NCBI GenBank assembly: GCA_902559905.1
Contig: CACEJV010000001.1
Span: forward strand, 52,495-116,494
Source: an uncultured Bacteroidota bacterium
GTDB taxonomy: Bacteria > Bacteroidota > Bacteroidia > Flavobacteriales > Flavobacteriaceae
Direction: 5' to 3'
DNA length: 64,000 nucleotides
Numbering within the stretch: the stretch's first letter is position 1; each line of letters opens with the position of its first letter. This document shows positions 30,335-37,667 of the stretch, in pieces. The position numbers and the translations under genes are program-made. The notes under the pieces are model-generated. The model saw only the letters and a list, made by a program, of their open reading frames with translations. It made no database searches and was not told where the DNA came from.

Positions 30335-30994
30335 TTAAAATTCCTTCTTTAAAATATAAATGTCTTCTATAAGTCTTTCCATTGATTCAGAGTTTGTTCC
30401 ATCATAAAAGCCTCTTATTCTTCTGTTAGGATCAACTAATACAAAATTTTCAGTATGAATCATATCATACTTAATATCACTTTCAATATCCTCTGCTACT
30501 AGATAAGACTTTCTGGCAAGATTATATATTTGTTTTTTATCTCCAGTCACAAGATTCCATTTTGAATCAATAATTCCATTATCTATAGAATAATCTTTTA
30601 GAATGTCAACCGAATCAATTTCAGGGGTAACGGTATGAGAAAGAAGTAAAACTTGATTATCGTTAATAAACTCTTTTTGGATATCAATCATGTTGTCCTT
30701 CATAATTGGACAAATTCCTGGACATGTAGTAAAGAAAAAATCAGCTACATAAATTTTTCCATCATATATTTCATTTGTGACTGTATCGTTATTCTGATTA
30801 ATTAATTTAAAGTCATCGATTTTATGAAATCTTTTTACATGTTGAATTGTACTATCAACTAATTGAAACTTTACCATACTAGGTTGATATATTGGTAATT
30901 TTTTTTCAGGTGTCAATACATTATAAAATGAAAACACTGTTATAAGAGAAATTATTATCATTGAAGTTGCAAAAAGCCAGTACTTTTTTAACAT
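30335..30994 (-). CDS. SCO family copper chaperone
   Basis: FFFTTCPGICP (CxxxC), distal HTENF; ATG 30994 preferred over the track start. Confidence 0.92.
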   Translation of the reverse strand: MLKKYWLFATSMIIISLITVFSFYNVLTPEKKLPIYQPSMVKFQLVDSTIQHVKRFHKIDDFKLINQNNDTVTNEIYDGKIYVADFFFTTCPGICPIMKDNMIDIQKEFINDNQVLLLSHTVTPEIDSVDILKDYSIDNGIIDSKWNLVTGDKKQIYNLARKSYLVAEDIESDIKYDMIHTENFVLVDPNRRIRGFYDGTNSESMERLIEDIYILKKEF

Positions 30995-31071
30995 ATTTTT
31001 TCTAAATATTGGGAAACAAAGATAATTCAAGGAATTAAAAAAATATTAAATTTGCTGTTCAAAATTAATTT

Positions 31072-32394
31072 ATGTTATCACCTGAATTTTTAATTAAAGC
31101 TGCACAATTATTTCTGTCTTTATCAATACTTATTATTCTTCATGAATTAGGACATTTTATTCCTGCAAAGCTTTTTGGAACAAGAGTAGAAAAATTTTAC
31201 TTATTTTTTGATGTTAAATATTCTCTTTTTAAGAAAAAAATTGGTGAAACAATTTATGGTATAGGTTGGCTTCCTCTTGGAGGATATGTAAAAATATCAG
31301 GTATGATTGATGAGAGTTTTGATAAAGAACAAATGAGCAAACCTCCTCAGCCATGGGAATTTAGGTCAAAGCCAGCTTGGCAAAGATTAATAATTATGCT
31401 TGGAGGTGTCACAGTAAATCTTATACTTGGATTTGTAATTTATATGATGGTTTTGTTTGTCTGGGGAAAAGAAACACTTCCACAAGAAAATATTCCCCTT
31501 GGAATGCAACCCTCTGAAATCATTCAAGAGATTGGATTTGAAAAAGGAGATAAAATTATTAATGTAGATGGTAAAGAGCTAGATAATGTCCTTGAGATAA
31601 ATAGGATGTTGTTGTTTAGACCAATTGATTATATAACTGTTAAGAAGAATAGTGGTTTGACCTCTGTAATTGATATCCCAAATGATATAGGAAACGAAAT
31701 TTTCCAAAGTGGTCAAATAAATAGTTTTAGTCCAATTTTTGCTGCTGAGATTGATAGTGTAATTCCAGATTCACCAGCCCTGAAATCAGGATTAAAATCT
31801 GGTGATAGAATTTTAAGTGTTAATAATGAAATAGTTGAAGACTGGGTCTCCTTTTCAAACTGGATGGACACAAATGATGATGATATCATTGAATTAATAG
31901 TTGAAAGAAATAATTTAAATTATAATTTATCAATTGATAGAGATAGTGATGGTACAATTGGTGTTTATCCTGCTTTTAATATTAGTACAATTAATAAATC
32001 TGTAGGATTAGTAGATAGTGTCGTCCAAGGATTTAATTATGGATATTGGACCTTATATGAATATGTAGCAGGGTTTCAATTTATTTTTACAAAAAAAGGA
32101 GCACAACAGCTTGGTGGTTTTGGAACTATTGGTAGCATATTTCCAGCAAAGTGGGATTGGAAAGGCTTTTGGTTAAGTACTGCACTTCTCTCAATTATTC
32201 TTGCATTCATGAATGTACTTCCAATTCCTGCTTTGGATGGAGGACATGTAATGTTTTTATTTTATGAAATGATTACTGGAAAGAAACTCAGTGATAAGTT
32301 TATGGAAACCGCAACAATGATTGGATTCTTTCTTTTAATTGCACTTGTTTTATATGCAAATGGTAATGATGTATATAGATTCCTAAATGGATAA
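31072..32394 (+). CDS. rseP: RIP metalloprotease RseP
   Basis: HELGH, PLGGYVK, PDZ region, NVLPIPALDGGH. Confidence 0.95.
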   Translation: MLSPEFLIKAAQLFLSLSILIILHELGHFIPAKLFGTRVEKFYLFFDVKYSLFKKKIGETIYGIGWLPLGGYVKISGMIDESFDKEQMSKPPQPWEFRSKPAWQRLIIMLGGVTVNLILGFVIYMMVLFVWGKETLPQENIPLGMQPSEIIQEIGFEKGDKIINVDGKELDNVLEINRMLLFRPIDYITVKKNSGLTSVIDIPNDIGNEIFQSGQINSFSPIFAAEIDSVIPDSPALKSGLKSGDRILSVNNEIVEDWVSFSNWMDTNDDDIIELIVERNNLNYNLSIDRDSDGTIGVYPAFNISTINKSVGLVDSVVQGFNYGYWTLYEYVAGFQFIFTKKGAQQLGGFGTIGSIFPAKWDWKGFWLSTALLSIILAFMNVLPIPALDGGHVMFLFYEMITGKKLSDKFMETATMIGFFLLIALVLYANGNDVYRFLNG

Positions 32395-32420
32395 AAAAAA
32401 GGCTGGGTTAACCCAGCCCT
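32393..32420 (-). terminator. Intrinsic terminator after the His-rich receptor
   Basis: Perfect palindrome GGCTGGGTTAACCCAGCC (32401-32418) with an A8 run on its left (U8 on minus). Confidence 0.85.
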
Positions 32421-32448
32421 TAACAAATAACTTCAAATACAAAAAACT

Positions 32449-34605
32449 TTAGAAGTTATATTTTAATCCAACAGATATGTTTCTACCCATCTCATGAATT
32501 CCTGCTGTTTTAAGTCTTGATAAATGATCGTAGTATTCTTTATCAAAAACATTATCAATATTCCAGAAAATATTTAAGTCATTTCCTAGTAATGATGTCA
32601 TCCATGATCCAGATAAATTTAAAAGTGAATATCCATCAGTAGACTCCTCATACATTGCTGTTCTATTTTGTTGAGCCTTGGCTACAAAGTCTACTTCAAA
32701 TGAATAATTGCTAGAAAAACTAATGTTGAAAACTTGATTGAAAGTTAATGGTGATATATATGGTAATGCCATACCGTCTTGTGTTTCACCAAAAATATAT
32801 TCTAGGGAAGAATAAAAAGATAACCAGTCAAAACTTGTATTTTTATTTAGATGTATTTCCCCTCCATAAAGTGTTGCATCTTGCTGTAAATAATTATGAA
32901 GCATTAAACCATCAATAACAGTGTTTGTTGGCTCCAAGTATATGTAATCTCTAATATCATTAAAAAATAAATCAAATGATAAGACTGAATTTTCACCATT
33001 AACTTGAAGTGATAAATCTGTTTGGAAGCTATTTTCAGCTAGTAAATTAGGATCCCCTTTTTTATACATGAATGTCCCATGATGAGATCCATCAGCATAT
33101 AGCTCAATTAAGTTTGGTGACCTAAAACCAGTACTTAAATTAAATCTTAAAGTTGAGTTAGAAAATTCTTTTTTCAAACCAAGTGATCCATTAAAATTAG
33201 AAAAATCGGAAGAAGATGATCCAGATGAAATGGATCTATTGTCATATCTAATTCCAATTAGTGCATCTGAAGAATTGCTAAGTGTAAACTGTCCAAGAGC
33301 ATATAGTCCAAAATCGTTCATCTCTGCATCTGGTATTAAAGTTTCATGACCAAAATTCTTATTCGTCTGACTTAATAGACTCGTACCAATAGTTAGATTC
33401 AAATCTTCTGACTGAGGGAGTACTAAACTAATGTCTAATGTATTTGTTAATAGTTCCATGTCTAATTCAGCTTCACCTTCTTCATGTCCTTCATGATCAT
33501 CATGATCATCGTGATCATCGTGATCCATATGATCATCGTGGTCCTCTTCACCATGTTCTTCATGATCATCATGATCATCATGATCATCATGTTCCTCCTC
33601 ACCATGGCCCCCAAATTCTTTTCTTTCGTTAAATTGTTGACCTAATGTGACATTAAGTACATGATTGTTTCCAAGATCAAACGAATTCTTCCATGTTAAG
33701 GTTGTATGCTTTAGTTCTTGGTAATGATCATCACCGTGTCCTTCATGATCGTCGTGGTCATCATGGTCCATATGATCATCGTGGTCATCATGGTCCATAT
33801 GATCGTCGTGGTTATCATGGTCCATATGATCGTCGTGGTCATCATGACCTTCATCCATATGAGGAATTCCAAGATCACTATCAACTCTACTAAATCTCAG
33901 CTCAGAGGTAAATTTATCACTAGAGTATTGTAAATCTGCTTTAAGCTCATTTTGTTCAAACCATGTGTTTTCAATTTCACCATCTGGAGTAGAAAAATTA
34001 TCATTGTCAATCATATCTGCTCTAAGATTAAAACTAAACTTTCCAGAAGTACCTTTAATTCCTAGATTGTTAGTAACCCCATTATAATTTGAATTGTAAA
34101 CTCCTGTATAGTCAATTGCTAAACCATTACTTGTGTTGAATTTTTCAGGCTCAACATAAAGAACTCCTCCCATAGCGTCACTACCGTAGAGAACATATAA
34201 TGGTCCCTTTATAACCTCTATAGACTCAACACCTGAAGATGAGATACCGATACCGTGCTCTTCACCCCATTGTTGATTTTCTAATCTCACGCCTTGATTA
34301 TATACAACCACTCTATTGAAACTTAATCCTCTAACTGATGGCTTTGCAATATTAGGTCCTGTTGTTATTACAGATACTCCTGGTAACTTTGAGAGTGATT
34401 TACTAATATATTGTTTTAGTATTGGGTTAATATCACCCATATTAATTTTATCAACTTTGATTACAGATTTACCTAGTGTTTGACTAAAAGGTATTGATAA
34501 TACTATTTCATCTAACTCAAATGGGTCCGTAGCTACTTGTGATAAAACTGGTTTTGTTAAAAATAGCATAACTGCTATGATACTTATAATATGTTTTATT
34601 TTCAT
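32449..34605 (-). CDS. TonB-dependent receptor with two His/Asp-rich inserts (probable Zn/Ni/Co uptake)
   Basis: Signal peptide, AKPSVRG, ENQQWGEEHG, EVIKGP..LYGSDAMGG, GFRSPN..GSHHGT, C-terminal KYNF. Confidence 0.88.
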   Translation of the reverse strand: MKIKHIISIIAVMLFLTKPVLSQVATDPFELDEIVLSIPFSQTLGKSVIKVDKINMGDINPILKQYISKSLSKLPGVSVITTGPNIAKPSVRGLSFNRVVVYNQGVRLENQQWGEEHGIGISSSGVESIEVIKGPLYVLYGSDAMGGVLYVEPEKFNTSNGLAIDYTGVYNSNYNGVTNNLGIKGTSGKFSFNLRADMIDNDNFSTPDGEIENTWFEQNELKADLQYSSDKFTSELRFSRVDSDLGIPHMDEGHDDHDDHMDHDNHDDHMDHDDHDDHMDHDDHDDHEGHGDDHYQELKHTTLTWKNSFDLGNNHVLNVTLGQQFNERKEFGGHGEEEHDDHDDHDDHEEHGEEDHDDHMDHDDHDDHDDHEGHEEGEAELDMELLTNTLDISLVLPQSEDLNLTIGTSLLSQTNKNFGHETLIPDAEMNDFGLYALGQFTLSNSSDALIGIRYDNRSISSGSSSSDFSNFNGSLGLKKEFSNSTLRFNLSTGFRSPNLIELYADGSHHGTFMYKKGDPNLLAENSFQTDLSLQVNGENSVLSFDLFFNDIRDYIYLEPTNTVIDGLMLHNYLQQDATLYGGEIHLNKNTSFDWLSFYSSLEYIFGETQDGMALPYISPLTFNQVFNISFSSNYSFEVDFVAKAQQNRTAMYEESTDGYSLLNLSGSWMTSLLGNDLNIFWNIDNVFDKEYYDHLSRLKTAGIHEMGRNISVGLKYNF
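33484..33606 (-). repeat. In-frame 9-nt tandem repeats encoding (HDD)n, second insert, 13 His
   Basis: tcatgatca/tcgtgatca units; HGEEEHDDHDDHDDHEEHGEEDHDDHMDHDDHDDHDDHEGH. Confidence 0.9.
33724..33861 (-). repeat. In-frame ~27-nt tandem repeats encoding HDDHDDHMD, first insert, 15 His
   Basis: Repeated gtggtcatcatggtccatatgatc[g/a]tc units. Confidence 0.9.
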
Positions 34606-34650
34606 TTTATTAATTATTTATTATTGTGAACTTCTTAATTATAGTTCTAT

Positions 34651-34681
34651 AAAAACCCCTCCTATAAAGAAGGGGTATTTT
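34651..34681 (-). terminator. Terminator-like hairpin between the mini-lipoprotein and the TonB receptor
   Basis: Minus strand ACCCCTTCT-TTAT-AGGAGGGGT followed by TTTT. Confidence 0.75.
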
Positions 34682-34685
34682 ACTT

Positions 34686-34817
34686 TTATCTGTTTGTAAC
34701 AAATGCAATGTGGTCATGATCGTCATCGTGGTCATGGCCATCATGATCATCTTTTTCACATGATGCTAATGCAAGTGAAATAACAGAAAACATTAGTATG
34801 TATATATACTTATTCAT
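34686..34817 (-). CDS. 43-aa His/Asp-rich mini-lipoprotein (not in ORF track)
   Basis: MNKYIYILMFSVISLALAS|CEKDDHDGHDHDDDHDHIAFVTNR*; lipobox LASC, K-D-D acidic motif after Cys. Confidence 0.8.
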   Translation of the reverse strand: MNKYIYILMFSVISLALASCEKDDHDGHDHDDDHDHIAFVTNR

Positions 34818-34839
34818 AGTTAAAAATTTAAAATTTTAG

Positions 34840-34870
34840 AAAAATGCTAGATCACATATTTGATCCAACA
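34840..34870 (-). promoter_or_regulatory. Hairpin plus U-run after the RGPP ORF (candidate attenuator)
   Basis: Minus RNA UGUUGGAUCA-AAUAUG-UGAUCUAGCA-UUUUU, 10-bp stem with two G-U pairs that form only on the minus strand. Confidence 0.5.
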
Positions 34871-34887
34871 AAAAATTGAATTAATAG

Positions 34888-35196
34888 TTAAGCCAAATTA
34901 GGTGGGCCTCTTTTTTTAGTAGATTTGTAATCTGTTTTTACAAATAATCTATCATACTTATAAAAAGAATAACTAAAGATGTGAGGTGTAAATGATTCAT
35001 AAATATCTTGTGAAAAAAAACCAGTCTCATCTTCTTGATTTGAAAACAAAGAAATCTGACATTTTAACTTGGAATCATTGATATTTACACCTTCTGAAAT
35101 AAAAGTGTCATGGGAATCATACAAAACATGAAAAGCTTCAACTACTGTTGGAAACAACAGAGAGGTGAACAAAATAAAACTGTATAGATTCCTCAC
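34888..35196 (-). CDS. Putative leader/arrest peptide ending in RGPP
   Basis: N-terminal hydrophobic signal-like segment, H..HD and one Cys, C-terminal KKRGPPNLA; GTG start 5 nt from TATATTTG. Confidence 0.7.
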   Translation of the reverse strand: MRNLYSFILFTSLLFPTVVEAFHVLYDSHDTFISEGVNINDSKLKCQISLFSNQEDETGFFSQDIYESFTPHIFSYSFYKYDRLFVKTDYKSTKKRGPPNLA

Positions 35197-35201
35197 GAAA
35201 A

Positions 35202-35209
35202 CAAATATA
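35202..35209 (-). promoter_or_regulatory. -7 promoter element for the RGPP ORF (probably leaderless)
   Basis: caaatata = TATATTTG on minus. Confidence 0.6.
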
Positions 35210-35243
35210 ACAATTAGATTGAATTTAAATACAAAAAATAATT

Positions 35244-35251
35244 TATATTTG
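35244..35251 (+). promoter_or_regulatory. -7 promoter element for tRNA-Asn
   Basis: TATATTTG 10 nt upstream of the tRNA. Confidence 0.65.
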
Positions 35252-35261
35252 CCGACTACAA

Positions 35262-35335
35262 TCCTCCTTAGCTCAGTTGGTTAGAGCATCTGACTGTTAA
35301 TCAGAGGGTCCTTGGTTCGAGTCCAAGAGGGGGAG
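35262..35335 (+). tRNA. tRNA-Asn (GTT)
   Basis: Acceptor TCCTCCT/GGGGGAG region, D arm GCTC-AGTTGGTTA-GAGC, anticodon arm TCTGA-CTGTTAA-TCAGA, T arm CTTGG-TTCGAGT-CCAAG; CCA not encoded. Confidence 0.97.
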
Positions 35336-35366
35336 CAAGCTAACCGCTACATTACACAAATTATTT

Positions 35367-35394
35367 AAACCCTTCACCTACTGGAGGGTTTTTT
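35367..35394. terminator. Intrinsic terminator after the tRNA
   Basis: AAACCCTTCA-cctac-TGGAGGGTTT TTT. Confidence 0.8.
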
Positions 35395-35396
35395 CT

Positions 35397-35621
35397 TTAG
35401 TCACAAGGTCCCTCTGTAAATGATTTAACTCCACTAAAAGTTGAGGCATAACAATAGTTGGGATATGTTTTACCATCACATCCACATACTGGATCATATA
35501 TCTCTATACAAGCAGATGTAATATCGATTAATGATTCATCAATACAATTTTCATTGTTATTTTCTTTATCCTTAGAGCAAGAAACTATTATTAGGATTAA
35601 TAGAGATATCCATTTTTTCAT
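35397..35621 (-). CDS. Kazal-type protease-inhibitor domain lipoprotein
   Basis: Lipobox IVSC-SKD; CIEIYDPVCGCDGKTYPNYC...GPC. Confidence 0.88.
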   Translation of the reverse strand: MKKWISLLILIIVSCSKDKENNNENCIDESLIDITSACIEIYDPVCGCDGKTYPNYCYASTFSGVKSFTEGPCD

Positions 35622-35635
35622 AATTTTTTAAAAAA

Positions 35636-35767
35636 TTATTGTGGAGGTCCATCCCCATGAATTTGAATGTCGTTTAAATCAACTCCTGTTTTATTCTTAA
35701 AGTCTTTTTTAAACTTTTCATTTCTTTTTTTTCTATCAATTAAGATTTTGATAAATCTTTTTATCAT
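35636..35767 (-). CDS. Small basic hypothetical peptide, 43 aa (not in ORF track)
   Basis: MIKRFIKILIDRKKRNEKFKKDFKNKTGVDLNDIQIHGDGPPQ*; fills the gap between co-directional genes. Confidence 0.5.
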   Translation of the reverse strand: MIKRFIKILIDRKKRNEKFKKDFKNKTGVDLNDIQIHGDGPPQ

Positions 35768-35777
35768 AAAATTAAAG

Positions 35778-35966
35778 CTATCCTCCTCTACCCACTTTTC
35801 TTACTCCTGAGGTTCCAGAGTTTTTAAAACCTTTATTTTGGACTTTACTTTTTGTATCTGAATTTGAAGAAATCTTATTCTTTGATTTTGACTTTCTGCC
35901 CTTAAATAATCTCTTACCATTTGTCTCACGGTTATCATTTTTGTTTCCAAAAAACTTACTACCCAT
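35778..35966 (-). CDS. Small Lys/Ser-rich basic hypothetical protein
   Basis: ORF track; low complexity, ends VRKVGRGG. Confidence 0.6.
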   Translation of the reverse strand: MGSKFFGNKNDNRETNGKRLFKGRKSKSKNKISSNSDTKSKVQNKGFKNSGTSGVRKVGRGG

Positions 35967-36007
35967 ATTTAACTATTTAATTGTTTTTCTAAATTACTTA
36001 ATTTTTA

Positions 36008-37027
36008 TTACCAATCATCATTAATTGGAGGCTCTGGCAAAAAATGAATTACATAATTATCATAAATAGGGTCATAATAATGACCTGCCTCTTTGTAATC
36101 ATCGTTCCAAATTTTATTTCCACTTTCATCTACCTTATATAAGTAAGGTGAGAGATGTAACCTTTCTAAGTGCCATCGGCCTTCCTTCCCTGAGGGAATA
36201 TCCTCTCCACTACCGTATAACATTAAACCGCCTTCAGCAAACACTTCAAATCCTGGGTTTACATCATTGTATTCATGACTAACATTAATTAATTTATGAC
36301 CTAGCTCGTGGGCGATTGTTTTTCTATATCTTTCCTCCGTTGAAAGGTTTGTTATGGTTATAACACCTCTAAGCTCTTTAGGAATTTGGTCAACATAGCT
36401 ATATGAGGGAAATGATAACCCTCCTGTTCGAACTGTTTTCATCATCCAATTTCGACCTTCGGCTAAAGTCAAAAATGGATAAAAAACATCTTGCAGAGCA
36501 ATTAAGTATATCGTTCTTGAATTATTAATATCTTTTTCTACAATACTTCTAAAAGCATTAATTGCATGAGTTGTTGGAATTGATGGATGCCTTCTTGAAT
36601 TTTCATATAGATTAACATATTCCGTATCAGGAATACCAGGAGTCTCATTAGCCTGAATTGATAAATAACTTGAATTTATATTACCTGTTTTAGCAAATAA
36701 CAAGTTTAACTGTACATCAGTTAGTTTGAAGATTTCCTTTGCAAAAAGGAAGCTTTCTATCATCCTGTTAAATGTTACTTTAGTAAATGTTGAGTCCAAA
36801 TTTGAAGGAAAATATATTCCAATATCAACTGTAGGCTTGCCATTTACGAGATCACTATTTATTTGATTGATGTCAATTGAATCAATAAGGCTCCAATTAA
36901 CATCAGGTTCTGAATCATCATTATAATTTGAAGTAAGATTAGATGAATTTATACAACCTGTAACCATTAAAAATATTAAGAAAACTGGCATAGTGTTTAT
37001 AGCTACAAAATTTCTGATACTGTTCAT
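36008..37027 (-). CDS. Putative zinc metallopeptidase lipoprotein
   Basis: VTGC lipobox; TIAHELGHKLINVSH and downstream GLM (Met-turn-like). Confidence 0.65.
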   Translation of the reverse strand: MNSIRNFVAINTMPVFLIFLMVTGCINSSNLTSNYNDDSEPDVNWSLIDSIDINQINSDLVNGKPTVDIGIYFPSNLDSTFTKVTFNRMIESFLFAKEIFKLTDVQLNLLFAKTGNINSSYLSIQANETPGIPDTEYVNLYENSRRHPSIPTTHAINAFRSIVEKDINNSRTIYLIALQDVFYPFLTLAEGRNWMMKTVRTGGLSFPSYSYVDQIPKELRGVITITNLSTEERYRKTIAHELGHKLINVSHEYNDVNPGFEVFAEGGLMLYGSGEDIPSGKEGRWHLERLHLSPYLYKVDESGNKIWNDDYKEAGHYYDPIYDNYVIHFLPEPPINDDW

Positions 37028-37031
37028 ATGT

Positions 37032-37415
37032 CTAATTTATTCCTCCAACATAAGATTTAATAATTGGATTCATAGCTTTTATTTTTTCTTTGAATGCATC
37101 ATTGATTTCTCCTAGAACAGTAAGTTTTTCTACTTTAAATAATTCTCTAAATCTGAGATTTATTGGTGAACCAATAACTTTATTGCCAAGTTCTTCCCAA
37201 ACGTTTGAATTCTCGAATTTTTCAATTAAGGTTGCTGTCTTATCTTCCTCATTTATAAACCACTCAAACCTAATGATACCTTCGTCTTTTAGGTTAAAAA
37301 AAACAGGACATTGCTCATCTCTTATATATTGATTTACAACATCAGTACTTTCAGTAAATGAAACATCAATAATTACAGTAACATTATTGTTTGGTGTATT
37401 TAGTTTTCTTTTCAT
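37032..37415 (-). CDS. Hypothetical protein, ABM/dimeric alpha-beta-barrel-like
   Basis: RFEWFINE..ATLIEKFENS..KLTVLGEI pattern; ATG 37415 preferred because the upstream space holds another ORF. Confidence 0.55.
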   Translation of the reverse strand: MKRKLNTPNNNVTVIIDVSFTESTDVVNQYIRDEQCPVFFNLKDEGIIRFEWFINEEDKTATLIEKFENSNVWEELGNKVIGSPINLRFRELFKVEKLTVLGEINDAFKEKIKAMNPIIKSYVGGIN

Positions 37416-37416
37416 A

Positions 37417-37509
37417 TTATAATAATTCAAAATATGTAATGCAGAATCCGGTAATAAATCCAATGATAACAAAGACCATCCAGTATTTTTTTACAAAAGG
37501 CATATTCAT
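37417..37509 (-). CDS. 30-aa single-TM peptide (not in ORF track)
   Basis: MNMPFVKKYWMVFVIIGFITGFCITYFELL*; ATGA overlap with the upstream ORF. Confidence 0.45.
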   Translation of the reverse strand: MNMPFVKKYWMVFVIIGFITGFCITYFELL

Positions 37510-37664
37510 TTTCTTTTTTTTATCTCTTCTATACTCCAATATAATGATAAAACAAATAATACTAATCTTAGGTAAAAACCAAAATTAAAATTGCCATCCA
37601 TAGCAAGGAGAATTGCTCTGGTAGCAAAATAAATAGGGAATACTAAATATATATAACTTTTCAA
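37506..37664 (-). CDS. 52-aa two-TM peptide (not in ORF track)
   Basis: TTG start 3 nt after the TrmH stop; MKSYIYLVFPIYFATRAILLAMDGNFNFGFYLRLVLFVLSLYWSIEEIKKRK*. Confidence 0.45.
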   Translation of the reverse strand: MKSYIYLVFPIYFATRAILLAMDGNFNFGFYLRLVLFVLSLYWSIEEIKKRK

Positions 37665-37667
37665 AAT

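Noticed and set aside
33484..33861. Repeats as a CRISPR array
   Set aside because: Tandem in-frame coding repeats with no unique spacers and no cas genes
33438..33933. Plus-strand ORFs 33438-33632, 33693-33893 and 33718-33933 with His/Arg or Met/Ile/Val repeats
   Set aside because: Antisense shadows of the receptor's His/Asp repeats
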